A stretch of DNA of 64,000 bases from Eledone cirrhosa (taxonomy: Eukaryota): the NCBI GenBank assembly GCA_964016885.1, contig OZ024740.1, positions 98,332,001 through 98,396,000 on the forward strand, in the 5' to 3' direction. The position numbers were made by a program, and so were the translations under genes. Below are positions 38,761-51,342 of this stretch, piece by piece. The notes below the pieces were generated by a model that saw only the letters and a list, made by a program, of their open reading frames with translations, ran no database searches and was not told the origin of the DNA. The first letter of the stretch is position 1. Every line of letters begins with the position of its first letter.

Positions 38761-39249
38761 GAAGAATCAACCTGTGTATTGAGCTGGAACTACATAAACA
38801 TTAGAAAAAATGAAAAGTTATTATCTTGAAAATAAATGTTACAATAGAGAAATTACTATGCACACAGTACATTCTGTAAAGTGGTTGGTAATGAGAAAGG
38901 TTTCTCATCAGTTATGTCAAAGCAATGACAAGTTTCCTAGTATTGGTACCATCATAAAATACACTTGATAGAGTTCAAGATCATACATTGGGCCCAAGGC
39001 TAACTGCTTGCAGGGAAATAGACATTAAACAATAATGATGATTATATTCTAATGTACTCATCCGAATACATACACTACTAAATACTTCACAATGAAATTA
39101 TAAATAACATCACATTAGCATTATAATGAATGTTGTTGTTATGAATACATTGGTGACAAGAATTTCTTAGGAAAAGTTTCATTTCTGCTTTGTCTGTTTG
39201 CTCGCTATGTAGGGGATCTCCTGTATTCGCTATCTGAGTTAGATGTTCT

Positions 39250-40470
39250 GGTAGGGTTACGGACCTCATTGATATGAGTTCCACAACAATTTAGTGACCC
39301 CAAACCTGAAGAATAGCTGGAGTTGGATGGGCAGCATAAGGGCAGTTGATAGAAGGGAGATAATTTGTAGATGCACCAGTAGTGTAGAGCAGTGGGTATT
39401 GGCAATGTGAATGCAGTTTCAGGTAATTATGATCAACTATGTTGTGGATGATGTTGATGTAGTAATAGGAATGGATGTAATCAGCTAGTTAGAAGGCATT
39501 ATGGTCAGTGAGGATACTATAACATTTATTAGGGGATGCAATATGTCATGAATGTGAAGCCAAAAAGAAGACTATGAAATTGTTTAACCAAGCTCTAGAA
39601 AAGGGCATACCTCTTGAAGCTTGGAGACAATGGTTTCCGAGTGAAGTTTGATGGCAAGCATGGACAGTCAAATAGTTTTTGAAAGGAGAGTCACCAGTGC
39701 TGGGATGGAAGTTGAACTGCTATGGCCATTGCTTGTTGGGAGGAGAGGCTAGAATTGACGTCGAGAGAGGGGAGGAAAAATAGATTGAAGAGTATATTTT
39801 GATATCTTGGAAAGAGGAAGTAGAAAGTGATATGTTGTTGCTGATAGCAGTAGTTCAATTAATGAACAAGAGAGCCTGGACATTGTTGGGCCACTGTGTG
39901 TTGACTAGTCTTGTGTCATGCCATGTCACATAGGTGGTGAGATCACGGATATATGGGGGAATAGTTGTGACAATGGAGACAAATAATAGGGACATCTAAG
40001 ATTGTTGATCTGTACACAGTATATCTAAAGCTCTATGTGACCAAAATAGTGTTGAAGTATCAACTGGTATGTTGTAAGTCTAGTAAAGTATTCATAAGGG
40101 TAGTTTTAGAAATAGCTGGTTTTGAGGTTGGGACTCAGTCTGGCTTAAGAAAAAAGATGATTGAAACCATATTAATCTATCTGAATTAAATGTGTTGAAA
40201 AGCACAAACTTAGCTTTGAAATCAAGTTGCACAATATTAAAATTTGAAGTGATTCGACTATTGTAATTGGATAGGTGAAATCAGTGATAACTAATGAGAA
40301 AAGGGTGTGAGCTCGACAAGGAGATGATAATTACGTAATGCATGTGAATCCCCAAAGAGTTAATTGCTGAATGTTACCTGAAGCTGTATGAGAATGAAAC
40401 AGATATCTCATCAGATTGAGAAATAGCTGGTTGAAGAGGGTTGACTATTCAGAAAGAGTTCTGGTACAAC
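39250..40470 (+). pseudogene. very decayed LTR-retrotransposon pol remnant (Gypsy-like)
   Basis: Fragments DVDVVIGMDVIS, KFDGK, ILISWKEEVESDMLLLIAVVQ and KIVDLYTVYLKLYV...LKYQLV. Confidence 0.45.
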
Positions 40471-40527
40471 ATTTCACCCAGATTAGGGTAGCAGTCATTT
40501 GTGTCCACAGCCAGTTTTACAGAGAAT

Positions 40528-40562
<35 letters not shown>

Positions 40563-41590
40563 GAATTGATTCCTAATACTAGATTGGGATTTTATTTAGT
40601 GACCATGAAAGGATGAAAGGTAAAGTTGGCTTTGGTAGGATTTGAACTCAGAGTGCAGAGAACCTGAATGAGTATTGCAAAATATTTTATCTGATGCCCT
40701 AACATCACAGTCAGTTTACTACCTCTCTATATGACAGTAGTAGTAAATAGTGACATGCATTCATGGCTGTAATTTCCTCCTTTGCTCCTTTCCTCATATG
40801 AATAAACATCCACCTGCTCTTAAAATGGTAAACATCAAACAATCAGATGCCTTTTTTATCTTTGCCGCAACATGTTAAAACACTTTGGTCACTTAGTTCG
40901 TAAATGACTAATCAAATATACAGACTAATAATCAAAGCCGACTGGAAACCAATAACTATTGCATCATGGGTAATGAAAGAAACAAAACAGACAGCAATAG
41001 AAAGTAGTGTAGTTGATTTTTTTAAATTCGATTAAAAACCTTTGAAACGAAGTTGTTCTTAATTAAAAATCAGTCAAAAATAATTTCATGATCTTTTCTG
41101 ATATTGTTTTTATTATTTTATATTTACTTTGTTATTTTTGTTTATTTTCTTTAGTCCAGACGCCATAAACACACTCCATAAACACACTCACAGGGAGAGT
41201 AAAGGAGCGAGAGAAAGATAGAGAGAGAGAGTTACATGCATGTTGTTGTCCTATAGTGTCAGATGTTTGTCTGAATTTATTCCCTATTGAGTAAAATAAT
41301 GAAAGTAAATGGACTACTCACGAAATATCATTGCTGTTAGAGATACAGATATGTTGGTTATTTTATTACTATAGTAGATATGGATAAACTATGTCAAACC
41401 TGTGCCACATATCTGGGAGGAGTAGTTAATATGTTCAAATTACAGCTATGTAGTTCTGGGTTCAATTCCACTGCTGTGAAACCTTGGGCAAGCATATTTC
41501 AATATAGCTATGGGTTGAACAATGCCTTGTAAATGGAATCTAAAATGTGGAAATTGTGTAAGAGTCCATTGAGCATGATATATATTATAT

Positions 41591-41919
41591 CATCATCATC
41601 ATCATTTTACGTCCGCTTTTCCCTGCTTGCAAGGGTGGGACGGGAACTGATTCTAGCTTGATTTCTACAGCTAGATGTCCTTCCTTACACCAACCTCATT
41701 TAGAGTGTGGGCTGGGTGCTTTTTTCTGTGACACCCCCATGACCACTTTGCAGTAGAATGATACGGACCCCAGTCCCTATCATCTCATTTCTACAGCTGA
41801 GTAAACTGGAGCAATGTGAAATAAAGTGTCTTGCTCAAGGAAATAACACATCACTCGGTCTGAGAATTGAACTCACAACCTTTCGATTGCAAGGCCAGTG
41901 CTCTAACCACTAAGCCTCC
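41591..41919 (-). mobile_element. SINE family B (tRNA head, RTE-type tail with (GAT)n)
   Basis: Reverse complement of 45598-45942. Confidence 0.88.
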
Positions 41920-42513
41920 ATATATATATATATATGAAAAAGAAGTTAAAAATGCAATTGGAGTCTTTAAGCGATTTATTAATAATAACTTTATTGATTT
42001 TACATATAAAAGATTTTCAAACGCTAAGTGATATAGAGAGGTATGTGGCTGAGTATATCAAACAGAAAGTTATTTGTCACTGAAATACTGAAACTGCAGT
42101 TAGAGAAACGATACAAGTTTCTGATATTGGTTTATCTAGCTAGTATTCCTCTAATGAAGATTTTGGTATAAGTTGAACAATATATGTGGATGTAGTAGGG
42201 CAACAGAGAGAAGGAGGGTGATTTAGTGGTGGAACAGTAAGGTAGAGGAGACAATTAAGGCCAAGAGACAAGCATGGACAAAAATGGAAGAATAGAAGAA
42301 TGGAGGAAGCAAGGTACACTACATCTTTTAAGGCCAAGTGACAGGCATGGAAAAATGGAAAAATAGAAGAAGAAAGGTATACTACATCTTCTATCTATGG
42401 ATATCCTGCATATATATATACATATACATTTTTATTTTTAGAGTGAGTGAGTAATTGTGAGCAAACGGGTTTATGTTGAATATTCCCTATAAACTTGTCA
42501 ATATATATATATA

Positions 42514-42666
42514 TAGAAAACGTAAGAGAAACACAAACATAAGGACAATACCCACTCATCGGCTGTCTGCTGTGGATTGTTGTTTAATGCGTTGAAACAT
42601 CAGCAACCACAGCAGACAGCCGAGGAGCGAGAATTGTCATTATGTTTGTGTTTTCCTTGTTTTCTA
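42514..42666. repeat. ~150-bp imperfect palindrome
   Basis: AAACACAAACATAAGGACAAT...TCGGCTGTCTGCTGTGG pairs with CCACAGCAGACAGCCGA...ATTGTCATTATGTTTGTGTTT. Confidence 0.85.
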
Positions 42667-42702
42667 AATAATATTTATTCATATCCATACAGTGTCTTTG
42701 TC

Positions 42703-42763
<61 letters not shown>

Positions 42764-43310
42764 GAAAAAGTGGAGAATAACATGGTCAACTACTAAAAAG
42801 TGGATTTATTTGCAGTCTAACAATTGTTTCTGTGATAGAGTTGTCTAAAAATTGGTGAACACTAAAAACAGTGCCACTCAATTTTACGATGTTAACTCTA
42901 CTAGATCATTGGAAACTTAAAAAAAAATATATATGTAACCGGCAAATTTACAAGTTCAAATTATATTATCAATAATAATATTAATAATACAGATATAGAG
43001 AGAAAAGGAGGAAGAAAGGGAGATAGATACAGTGAAGAAAGAAAGGACAGGAAGGAGAAAGAAGAAGGACAAAGAAAAAGATAATGTGAAAGGAGAAGAA
43101 AAGGAGAAATTATTATAGATAGAAATATAAAGAGAGGAAGATATATAGAAGATGATGGTAGATAGATGAGAGACAAACTTAAGAATAATGTAGGATAGAA
43201 AGAAGAATAGAGGGACAAATAGATGAATAAACGTTAATACATGAATAAATGTAAATACAAATAAAAATAGTTATATAAAAAATATATGAAAAAGTATATA
43301 AAAAAATTTA

Positions 43311-43353
<43 letters not shown>

Positions 43354-43497
43354 GTTATATCTAATGCGATATAAAATGGTATAAAATGTGAAAATTAAAC
43401 AATGAAAATAAATACGTAAAAGGAGTACAAATGTGCGAAGAATATTTAAAATTACTGAGAATGGTTTTTGAGAATTGTTGAAATATGGAGAGATAAT

Positions 43498-43681
43498 TGT
43501 TTCTACTTTTGACACAAGGCCAGCAATTACCCAGTGCATTACTGGTACTTCATTTTATCGACCCCGTAAGGATGAAAGGCAAAGTGAACCTCGGCGGGAT
43601 TTGAACGCAGACCGTAAAGAGACGTAACTATGCTGGAAAGCATGGCGTCCGACTCTCTACCGATACTGCCAATCCACGGAT
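43498..43681 (-). mobile_element. SINE family A
   Basis: 15-bp TSD ATATGGAGAGATAAT at 43483-43497 and 43682-43696. Confidence 0.92.
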
Positions 43682-44793
43682 ATATGGAGAGATAATGAGA
43701 TGTAAACATGGAATATAAAATCAGCTGGATAAAGCTATCAAAAGCAAAGGCCCATTAAATGGGTATGTTCCACTGTGGTCTCTGTAATATGGAACTTTTC
43801 CAAATTTTAAATTACAACAAAATTCTTCTTAACAGTAAAATTGCAAAAAACATTTTTTGTCGACATAAATCGGCGACTAAATTTGATAGTTTAGACCAGC
43901 TTAATTCCCTCTTATCTATTCCATAACCCAGATTGTACCACTGGATCTATTATGATATCACATTATCAACATCATCATCATTATAATTACAATTATAATT
44001 ATAATTGTCATCATCTATCAAAGAACAACATCAAAACCTCTTATAACATTCTTATTTTATATATCTCTATTTTTCACTCTTTATCTTTATATTTCTCTCC
44101 CTAAATTTATTTCATCTCTGTCATTTTATTTTATCATATAATATAACTTTAAACTAATTAATTAATTTATTTAAAATAACCAATACACACATAAATATAT
44201 TTAACATTATCATATTTTCACCTCATTATCTCTCCATATTTCAACAATTCTCAAAAACCATTCTCAGTAATTTTAAATATTCTTCGCACATTTTTACCCC
44301 TTTTACGTATTTATTTTGATTCATCAATTTTCACATTTTATACCATTTTATATCACATTAGATATAACTAATTTATTTATTTATCAATTTTTTATATATT
44401 TTTTTATATATTTTTTCATATATTTTTAAAATATCTATTTTTATTTTTATTTACATTTATTCATGTATTAACGTTTATATTCATCTATGTCTCCCTCTAT
44501 TCTTCTTTCTATCCTACGTTATTCTTACTTATGTTTGTCTCTCATCTATCTACCATCATCTTCTATATATCTTCCAATCTTTATATTTTTATATATAATA
44601 ATTCTCCTTTTCTTCTTCTTTCACTTTATCTTTTTCTTTGTCCTTCTTCTTCTTTCTCCTTCCTGACCTTTCTTTCTTTACTGTATATATCTCCCTTTCT
44701 TCCTCCTTTTCTCTCTATATCTTTATTATTAATATTATTATTGATGATATAATTTGAATTTGTAAATTTGCTGGTTACATATATATTTTTTAA

Positions 44794-44899
44794 CAGTTTC
44801 TGATGATCTAATAGAGTTAACATCGTAAAATTGAGTGGCACTGTTTTTAGTGTTCACCAATTTTTAGACAACTCTATCACAGAAACAATTGTTAGACTG
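44794..44899 (+). ncRNA. type I hammerhead ribozyme (long stem II, palindromic minimal stem III)
   Basis: Stem I CAGTTT/AGACTG. CTGATGA at 44800-44806. Stem II ATAGAGTT/AACTCTAT with a further inner helix. GAAAC-AATT-GTT gives a GUU cleavage triplet. Confidence 0.7.
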
Positions 44900-45119
44900 C
44901 AAATAAATCCCCTTTTTAGTACTGTTGACCATGTTATTCTCCACTTTTTCAATTTTATTACTCCAAGATAACCTTACATAGGAATACACGTGAAATCATA
45001 AACTCGTCATCTACGTAAACCTCTTGTTGAGTCAAGCAACGCCGTACGCTAAAACTATCCATAGTAAGAAGTATTCACAACCTCTAATTGGATTACTTAT
45101 AATGATATTTTGTTATCAG

Positions 45120-45120
<1 letters not shown>

Positions 45121-45174
<54 letters not shown>

Positions 45175-45232
45175 ATATATATTATATATATATATATATA
45201 TTATATATATATATATATATTATATATATATA

Positions 45233-45303
<71 letters not shown>

Positions 45304-45436
45304 ATATTATATATATATATTATATATATATATATATTATATATATATATATATATTATATATATATATATTATATATATATATATTATATATATATATA
45401 TATATTATATATATATATTATATTATATATATATAT

Positions 45437-45468
<32 letters not shown>

Positions 45469-45528
45469 ATATTATATATATATATATATATTATATATAT
45501 ATATTATATATATATATATATTATATAT

Positions 45529-45597
<69 letters not shown>
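45121..45597. repeat. ~480-bp (TA)n tract with periodic TT interruptions
   Basis: Seen directly in the sequence. Confidence 0.95.
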
Positions 45598-45942
45598 GGA
45601 GGCACATGGCTTAGTGGTTGAGCATTGGCCTTGCAATCGAAAGAGTGTGGGTTCAATCCTCAGACCGGGTGATGTGTTGTTTCCTTGAGCAAGACACTTT
45701 ATTTCACATTGCTCCAGTTTACTCAGCTGTAGAAATGAGATGATAGGGACTGGAGTCCATATCATTCCACTGCAAAGTGGTCGTGGAGGTGCCACGGCAA
45801 AAAAACACCCAGCACTCACTGTAAATGAGGTTGGTGTTAGGAAGGGCATCAATCTGTAGAAATCAAGGAAGCATCAGTTCCCGTCCCACCCTTGCAAGCA
45901 GGGAAAAAGCGGACGTAAAATGAAATGATGATGATGATGATG
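45598..45942 (+). mobile_element. SINE family B (tRNA head, central GTTTCCTTGAGCAAGACACTT domain, RTE-type tail)
   Basis: A box TGGCTTAGTGG, B box GGTTCAATCC, and a (GAT)n end. Confidence 0.88.
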
Positions 45943-46365
45943 TATAATTTCTCTAAGTTAACCGAACAACCAGAAACGTAAGTAGATTGTATTAGCATCC
46001 TTTTGACCTCTGTGTTTGATTACAATTCAGTTTTTATTTTTCCCAAACTAGTGAAGATCTAAATTATGGCTGTACATTTGAAATGTATTTTATTTTGAAT
46101 TTTTGCCACAATTTTTAGCTCTAGCCTACGTTGAATGATAGGTCATTCATCCTCACATGACATTACTGCCTGCTGCAGATAACTGTTTCCTAGCAGTTAT
46201 TTCTCTTACCCTTTCAAGGAACGAACACACTCTCTCGTTACCTACTTGGTCTGATGATAAAGCAAATGCAGAATAGGACTTGTATTTGATGTCACAGTAT
46301 ATGACAAGCTGCAAATTACACTTAACAAAGCTTTCTGCATTAGCAGAAACACTAGGTCCAGATGT

Positions 46366-46591
46366 ACATGCACAAATGCCACATTATAAATAAACACTTG
46401 GTTAGCACTTTGAGACATGTTTTGCCATAACTCATTGAGGGCGAAATTGTGTGCAAGTAGGTTTATGACAATTATTCCACATGCACAAATGCCACATTAT
46501 AAATAAACACTTGGTTAGCACTTTGAGACAGGTTTTGCCATAACTCATTGAGGGCGAAATTGTGTGCAAGTAGGTTTATGACAATTATTCC
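46366..46591. repeat. 113-bp direct tandem duplication
   Basis: 46366-46478 and 46479-46591 differ at about one position. Confidence 0.9.
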
Positions 46592-46615
46592 CTATAAACT
46601 TATCAATATATCTCT

Positions 46616-46698
46616 TTGCCTTTCATCCTTACGGGGTCGATAAAATAAAGTAACAGTAATGCACTGGGTAATTGCTGGCCTTGTGCCTAAAGTAGAAA
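46616..46698 (+). mobile_element. 5'-truncated SINE family A
   Basis: 12-bp TSD CAATATATCTCT at 46604-46615 and 46699-46710. Confidence 0.9.
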
Positions 46699-46865
46699 CA
46701 ATATATCTCTGTATATTCCTATATACAGGAGCAGAGGCATACATCTAGGATGCATCACTTTGCCTCCCACCCCACCTCCCCTACACCTCCAACATTATAA
46801 TCGCCCACACCCCTACATCTTTCTCCCCAATTCCCTATTCATTCCCCCCACCCACGTTCCCAATC

Positions 46866-47115
46866 CACAATATAAAGTGACCATCCTGGAGCTACAACAA
46901 TAAGTGCCCAGTCCAGAGTGTAAAATGTTCATGTAGGTGTCATGACAAAAAGTACACAGCCCACACTGTAAAGTGATCATGCTGGTAACACAACAAAAAG
47001 TGCCCAGCCCACACATTAAAGTGGTCATGTTGGAGTCGCAATATAAAGTGCCCAGGTCACACTCTAAAGTAATCATGCAGGTATCATGATTAAAAGCACC
47101 CAGCATACAATGTAA
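46866..47115. repeat. ~44-bp degenerate minisatellite upstream of the RTE-tail module
   Basis: About six units of AAAAGTGCCCAGYCCACACTGTAAAGTGATCATG. The same unit occurs at 12160-12270. Confidence 0.75.
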
Positions 47116-47288
47116 ATCTGGGTGGCATTAGGAAGGGCATCGAGCTGTTTAAACCAAGCCAAAATCAGTTCTGTGTAAGTAAAATATGGTCTCCGACCTG
47201 GCTGTCTCCTAACAGGACAACTAATCTATCTCATTGTAGCATAAAAAATGAATGTTAAACTATGATGTTTATGATGATTATACATCAG

Positions 47289-47339
47289 GGCTTTCCTGAT
47301 GATTTCCTTCGAATGAAACATTCCTAGTCCTGTAGAAGC
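47289..47339 (+). ncRNA. degenerate hammerhead ribozyme abutting the LTR insertion site
   Basis: GGCTTTC-CTGATGA-TTTC(CTTC)GAAT-GAAACA...TGTA-GAAGC(C). A related 3' half occurs at ~55463-55500 on the minus strand. Confidence 0.55.
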
Positions 47340-50236
47340 TATGGTAATGAATAATCCTTGTTGGATAGTTTATCAATATAGACGTGAGGGAAAGTCCCTC
47401 GTCTATTTACCATTTTCGTAAGTGAGAGGATAGGTACTCCATAGAATTATAGCAAGTGAGTGGGTGTGTGTGTAGACAAGATAATAACCACAACGAGAGT
47501 TCTATTCAACAATGTAAATAAGGATGATGTTTATTTTGTCTATTATGTGTTTGTTATATTACAAATGAAACAACATACCAATATAGACGTGATCAGTTGA
47601 AATGAAGGCAACGTATTACAATTGTCGTGGGTCACCAATGTAACGCCCACGTCTGGGTCACCAATGTGACGGGACCAGTAAAGTGAAATCAGTTATGAGC
47701 CAGTGCTCGGCCAACACTATCCTTGTGGCTTCGGCATAGGAGTTCGGTGTATTGACATCTGTGTGATCTCGTGGTCCAAAGGCTGTCTGCTGTTTCGTGG
47801 TACAAAGGCCGTCTGCTGTTTGCTGTCTCTGTGGCTTGTTTGAGAAAGTAATACTGCTGCTTACTTAAATTGTGTTCTCAACCAGAGGGAGAAAACTAGG
47901 CCTGGTCCATTATCCGACAGGGGGGGGGGCGTAAGGCGTCTTACTACAGTATCCCCTGCCAGATTTTCAAATCGTCGACAATCGATGCTATTACTCACAC
48001 GTGGAGTAAGATGGCGAACAATGAATGCAGCAAGGGGGAGCTATTCGCTCTACCAATCGTTAAATCCAGAATAAGGATTTAAAAAATGTTAAAAAACATG
48101 CATGCATAAAGAAAAAGGCAAAAAAACAAAAAGCAGAAACACAGAAGCAAAAAAAAAGGCGCAGCTAACACAGTCTAAATATAGACGGTGCTGCTAAATT
48201 TTTTGGACCAGTGGACCCTACGACCTGAACAGGTCGTGGTCTTGTAACGTGGCGTGGTGGTGGTGTAGGGACAGGCGATGATGGTGGTTCAGAAACAGGC
48301 GTTCGCTCAACAGGCAAATACGAAGGGGTTCGTGGATCAGGAACCACAGCGTCCGTGTCCAGATGTGCATGCTTAAGCCTGTCTATTATAACTGTCTCCC
48401 TGGACCCTTTAATATCTAGAGTGAAATGCTTACTTAAATAGTGTTCTCAACCAGGGAGAGACAACTAGGCCTGGTCCATTATCCGACAGGGGGGGCGTAA
48501 GGCGTCTTACTACAGTACCCCCTGTCGGAAACCCTAAGCTGTGGTTCGCCCAGCTACAGGCGTGTTTTACGGTCTGTAAGACCGAGTCTGACCAGAGCCT
48601 CGCTGTCTTGATTAGCGGACTTCCCCCTAATTTAGCAGATTCGGTCCAAGACCTAATTACAGACCCCCCCCTCTCTGACTTAACGTATGATTCTTTAAAA
48701 GGCGAGATCTTCAGAAGGAACTGTAAAACGGTAGAGAGTCGTTTTCGGTCATTGATCGAGGACGAACGACTAGGTGACAGAACCCCTACCGCTTTTCTCC
48801 GGCATTTGCGGGATTTGAGTGATTCCCAAGATCACGATAGCCCTTTCCTGAAGCAATTGTTCGTCTCTCGCCTACCTCAAGAGGTACAGGCGATCCTAGC
48901 CCATATGCTAGAGTTAAACACACTCGACCACATTACTGTCTCTGCCGACAAAATAGTAGAAGTGACGAAGAGAGACAGTTCGAAGCAAAAGTACGTTGCT
49001 TCCTCTTCTCTTCCTCAATCACGCTCATCAGCGAGTGATGAGAAGTTGGTCAAAACTATGGAAGCCATGACTCGTCAAATGGCGGAGTTGTGCCAGGAAC
49101 TCAGGTCTATTGGACGGCAGAGGAGCCGCTCACGATCTTATTCAACTCCTCGCCGCCGTAGCCGTTCCAAATCTTCAAAGCCGTCATATGTTATTACCTT
49201 GACAAATATGGTGACAAAGCCGCCCGTTGTAGGCCTCCTTGTGCTTACATGGGAAACGACGACCAGAGTCACTAACGGCGGATAGTGCGCTCTGCGAAAC
49301 ATCATCCAACCGCCACTTTTTTATTGAGGACCTGCTATCAGGTAGAGCCTTTCTGGTTAACACAGGTGCAGCTTGTTCTATATGGCCTGTGTGTTGTATG
49401 AAGGAGACTCCTTCTGAGTCACCTATTGAGTTGCAGGCAGTAAATTGTTCGCAGATTCGAACTTCGGACAAATCTCGTTACCTTTGCAGTTCCGTAATCT
49501 GCGGCGTGAGTTTAAATGGATTTTTACTGTCGCTGCCTTGCCGTATCCTATTCTAGGCGCGGATTTTCTACATCATTTTTCATTGACGGTGGACCTCCGT
49601 CGTAAACGCCTAATTGATGACATCACGTCGGGGTCACCAGTATGGTAATGAATAATCCTTGTTGGATAGTTTATCAATATAGACGTGAGGGAAAGTCCCT
49701 CGTCTATTTACCATTTTCGTAAGTGAGAGGATAGGTACTCCATAGAATTATAACAAGTGAGTGGGTGTGTGTGTAGACAAGATAATAACCACAACGAGAG
49801 TTCTATTCAACAATGTAAATAAGGATGATGTTTATTTTCTCTATTATGTGTTTGTTATATTACAAATGAAACAACATACCAATATAGACGTGATCAGTTG
49901 AAATGAAGGCAACGTATTGCAATTGTCGTGGGTCACCAATGTAACGCCCACGTCTGGGTCACCAATGTGACGGGACCAGTAAAGTGAAATCAGTTATGAG
50001 CCAGTGCTCGGCCAACACTATCCTTGTGGCTTCGGCATAGGAGTTCAGTGTATTGACATCTGTGTGATCTCGTGGTCCAAAGGCTGTCTGCTGTTTCGTG
50101 GTACAAAGGCCGTCTGCTGTTTGCTGTCTCCGTGGCTTGTCTGAGAAAGTAATACTGCTGCTTACTTAAATAGTGTTCTCAACCAGGGGGAGACAACTAG
50201 GCCTGGTCCATTATCCGACAGGGGCGTCTTACTACA
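47340..50236 (-). mobile_element. non-autonomous rearranged Gypsy-type LTR element
   Basis: LTRs at 47340-47948 and 49641-50236 are nearly identical. 4-bp TSD AAGC at 47336-47339 and 50237-50240. PBS TGGTGACCCCGACGTGAT (49622-49639, minus) matches the tRNA-Trp 3' end. PPT GGCAGGGGA lies next to 47948. Integrase tail HFTLDIKGSRETVIIDRLKHAHL is on the minus strand (~48350-48428). Confidence 0.9.
48528..49621 (+). pseudogene. Gypsy gag + aspartic protease fragment (inverted relative to the LTRs)
   Basis: NPKLWFAQL, YDSLKGEIF, LGDRTPTAFLRHLR, RSRSRS. Protease FLVNTGAACSIWP and PILGADFLHHFSLTVDLRRKRLID. Confidence 0.85.
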
Positions 50237-51147
50237 AAGCCATAAAAATATATATATAATTATATATATATATTTTTTTTTGTTCTCCCCAACTTGTCGA
50301 TCTAAATAATTATTTTAACCAATTGGGAAATTGCAGTAGACAACACGAATCTTAATTGCAAGCAATATATAATATATAAATATTTCAAATGAACTCTGTT
50401 TCAAAAAATATCTATAATATTCCAAATACGTTTTGTAATGGCTTACAAATTTCACCAGTAATGTATTAGATCATATCTCATATGAATTTCTTTAGCCATT
50501 GTCATGAACAAGGTATTCTATATGATGCTCTCATAACCCTGCCAATTGATGTCTGTTTTATACATTCTTCACTAAATACATTATTATTTAATGAGGCAAT
50601 ACTATTTAGAACATCTTTTTGTCTCAAGTTATATAAATGGCTACTTTCTTATTTGTTGGGAATTTAATCGATTTTGCCAAACCCTTAATAAGACATTACT
50701 GTTTGTCACAATGTAATAAAATAATGTAAAGTAAAACCCCAACCTATTTAATTTTGTAGCATTTATTCATTACCATCTTTACTTATATCGTGCTGTATTA
50801 TTACATTAAAATGCAAAGCCTGTAGTCTAAATACCGATTCATTATATCCCATCACTACGTTGATGACTATGAGTTATAATACATTAATATTAATCACTTA
50901 ATACCAGCTGAAACTGGTTGTGGGTCTATGATATATCATTCTAACATCTGCACATTTAATTTTACACTTTCTGTTATAATCTTACGTTAAAACCTAATTT
51001 GTTCCAAACATAAGCTTAATAATGTCATAGTCATTAAATAGTGAATTCATAGCCAATTATTTCACTAGAAATAAGGTTACATATATATGAATAAAAAGAA
51101 CACTTCATATTCAGATCAAATATGTTGTTATTATTTTTATGACTCAC

Positions 51148-51342
51148 TTTGGTGGTGGACTGACAAAAACAGTAGAGTGTCGGACAACATGCTTAGCAAA
51201 TTAAAGTTATAGACCTTTACGTTCTGAGTTTAAATCCTGCCAAGGTTAGCTTTGCCTTTCATCCTTACAGCGTTGATAAAATAAATTTTATCGACTTTCC
51301 TCTCACCTTCAAATTACTGGCCTTATGCCTAAAGTAGAAACA
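51148..51342 (+). mobile_element. SINE family A (older copy)
   Basis: 18-bp TSD ATTATTTTTATGACTCAC at 51130-51147 and 51343-51360. Confidence 0.85.

Larger units (their letters stand above)
42760..45120 (+). mobile_element. 5'-truncated Penelope-like element with an inverted pseudo-LTR, inserted in (TA)n
   Basis: 43711-43926 reads EYKISWIKLSKAKAH*MGMFHCGLCNMELFQIL...LLNSKIAKNIFCRHK, resembling a PLE GIY-YIG C-terminus. 42760-43497 is the reverse complement of 44224-44953. Contains a hammerhead and has (TA)n on both sides. Confidence 0.8.

Noticed and set aside
45598-45670. tRNA gene
   Set aside because: The tRNA-like head continues into a SINE body and tail and has a second copy at 41591-41919.
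45024-45852. Long Y/I-rich ORFs (196, 192 and 126 aa)
   Set aside because: These are translations of the (TA)n tract, not protein-coding.
49622-49639. tRNA-Trp gene
   Set aside because: Only the 3' 18 nt including CCA are present, adjacent to an LTR. This is a primer-binding site.
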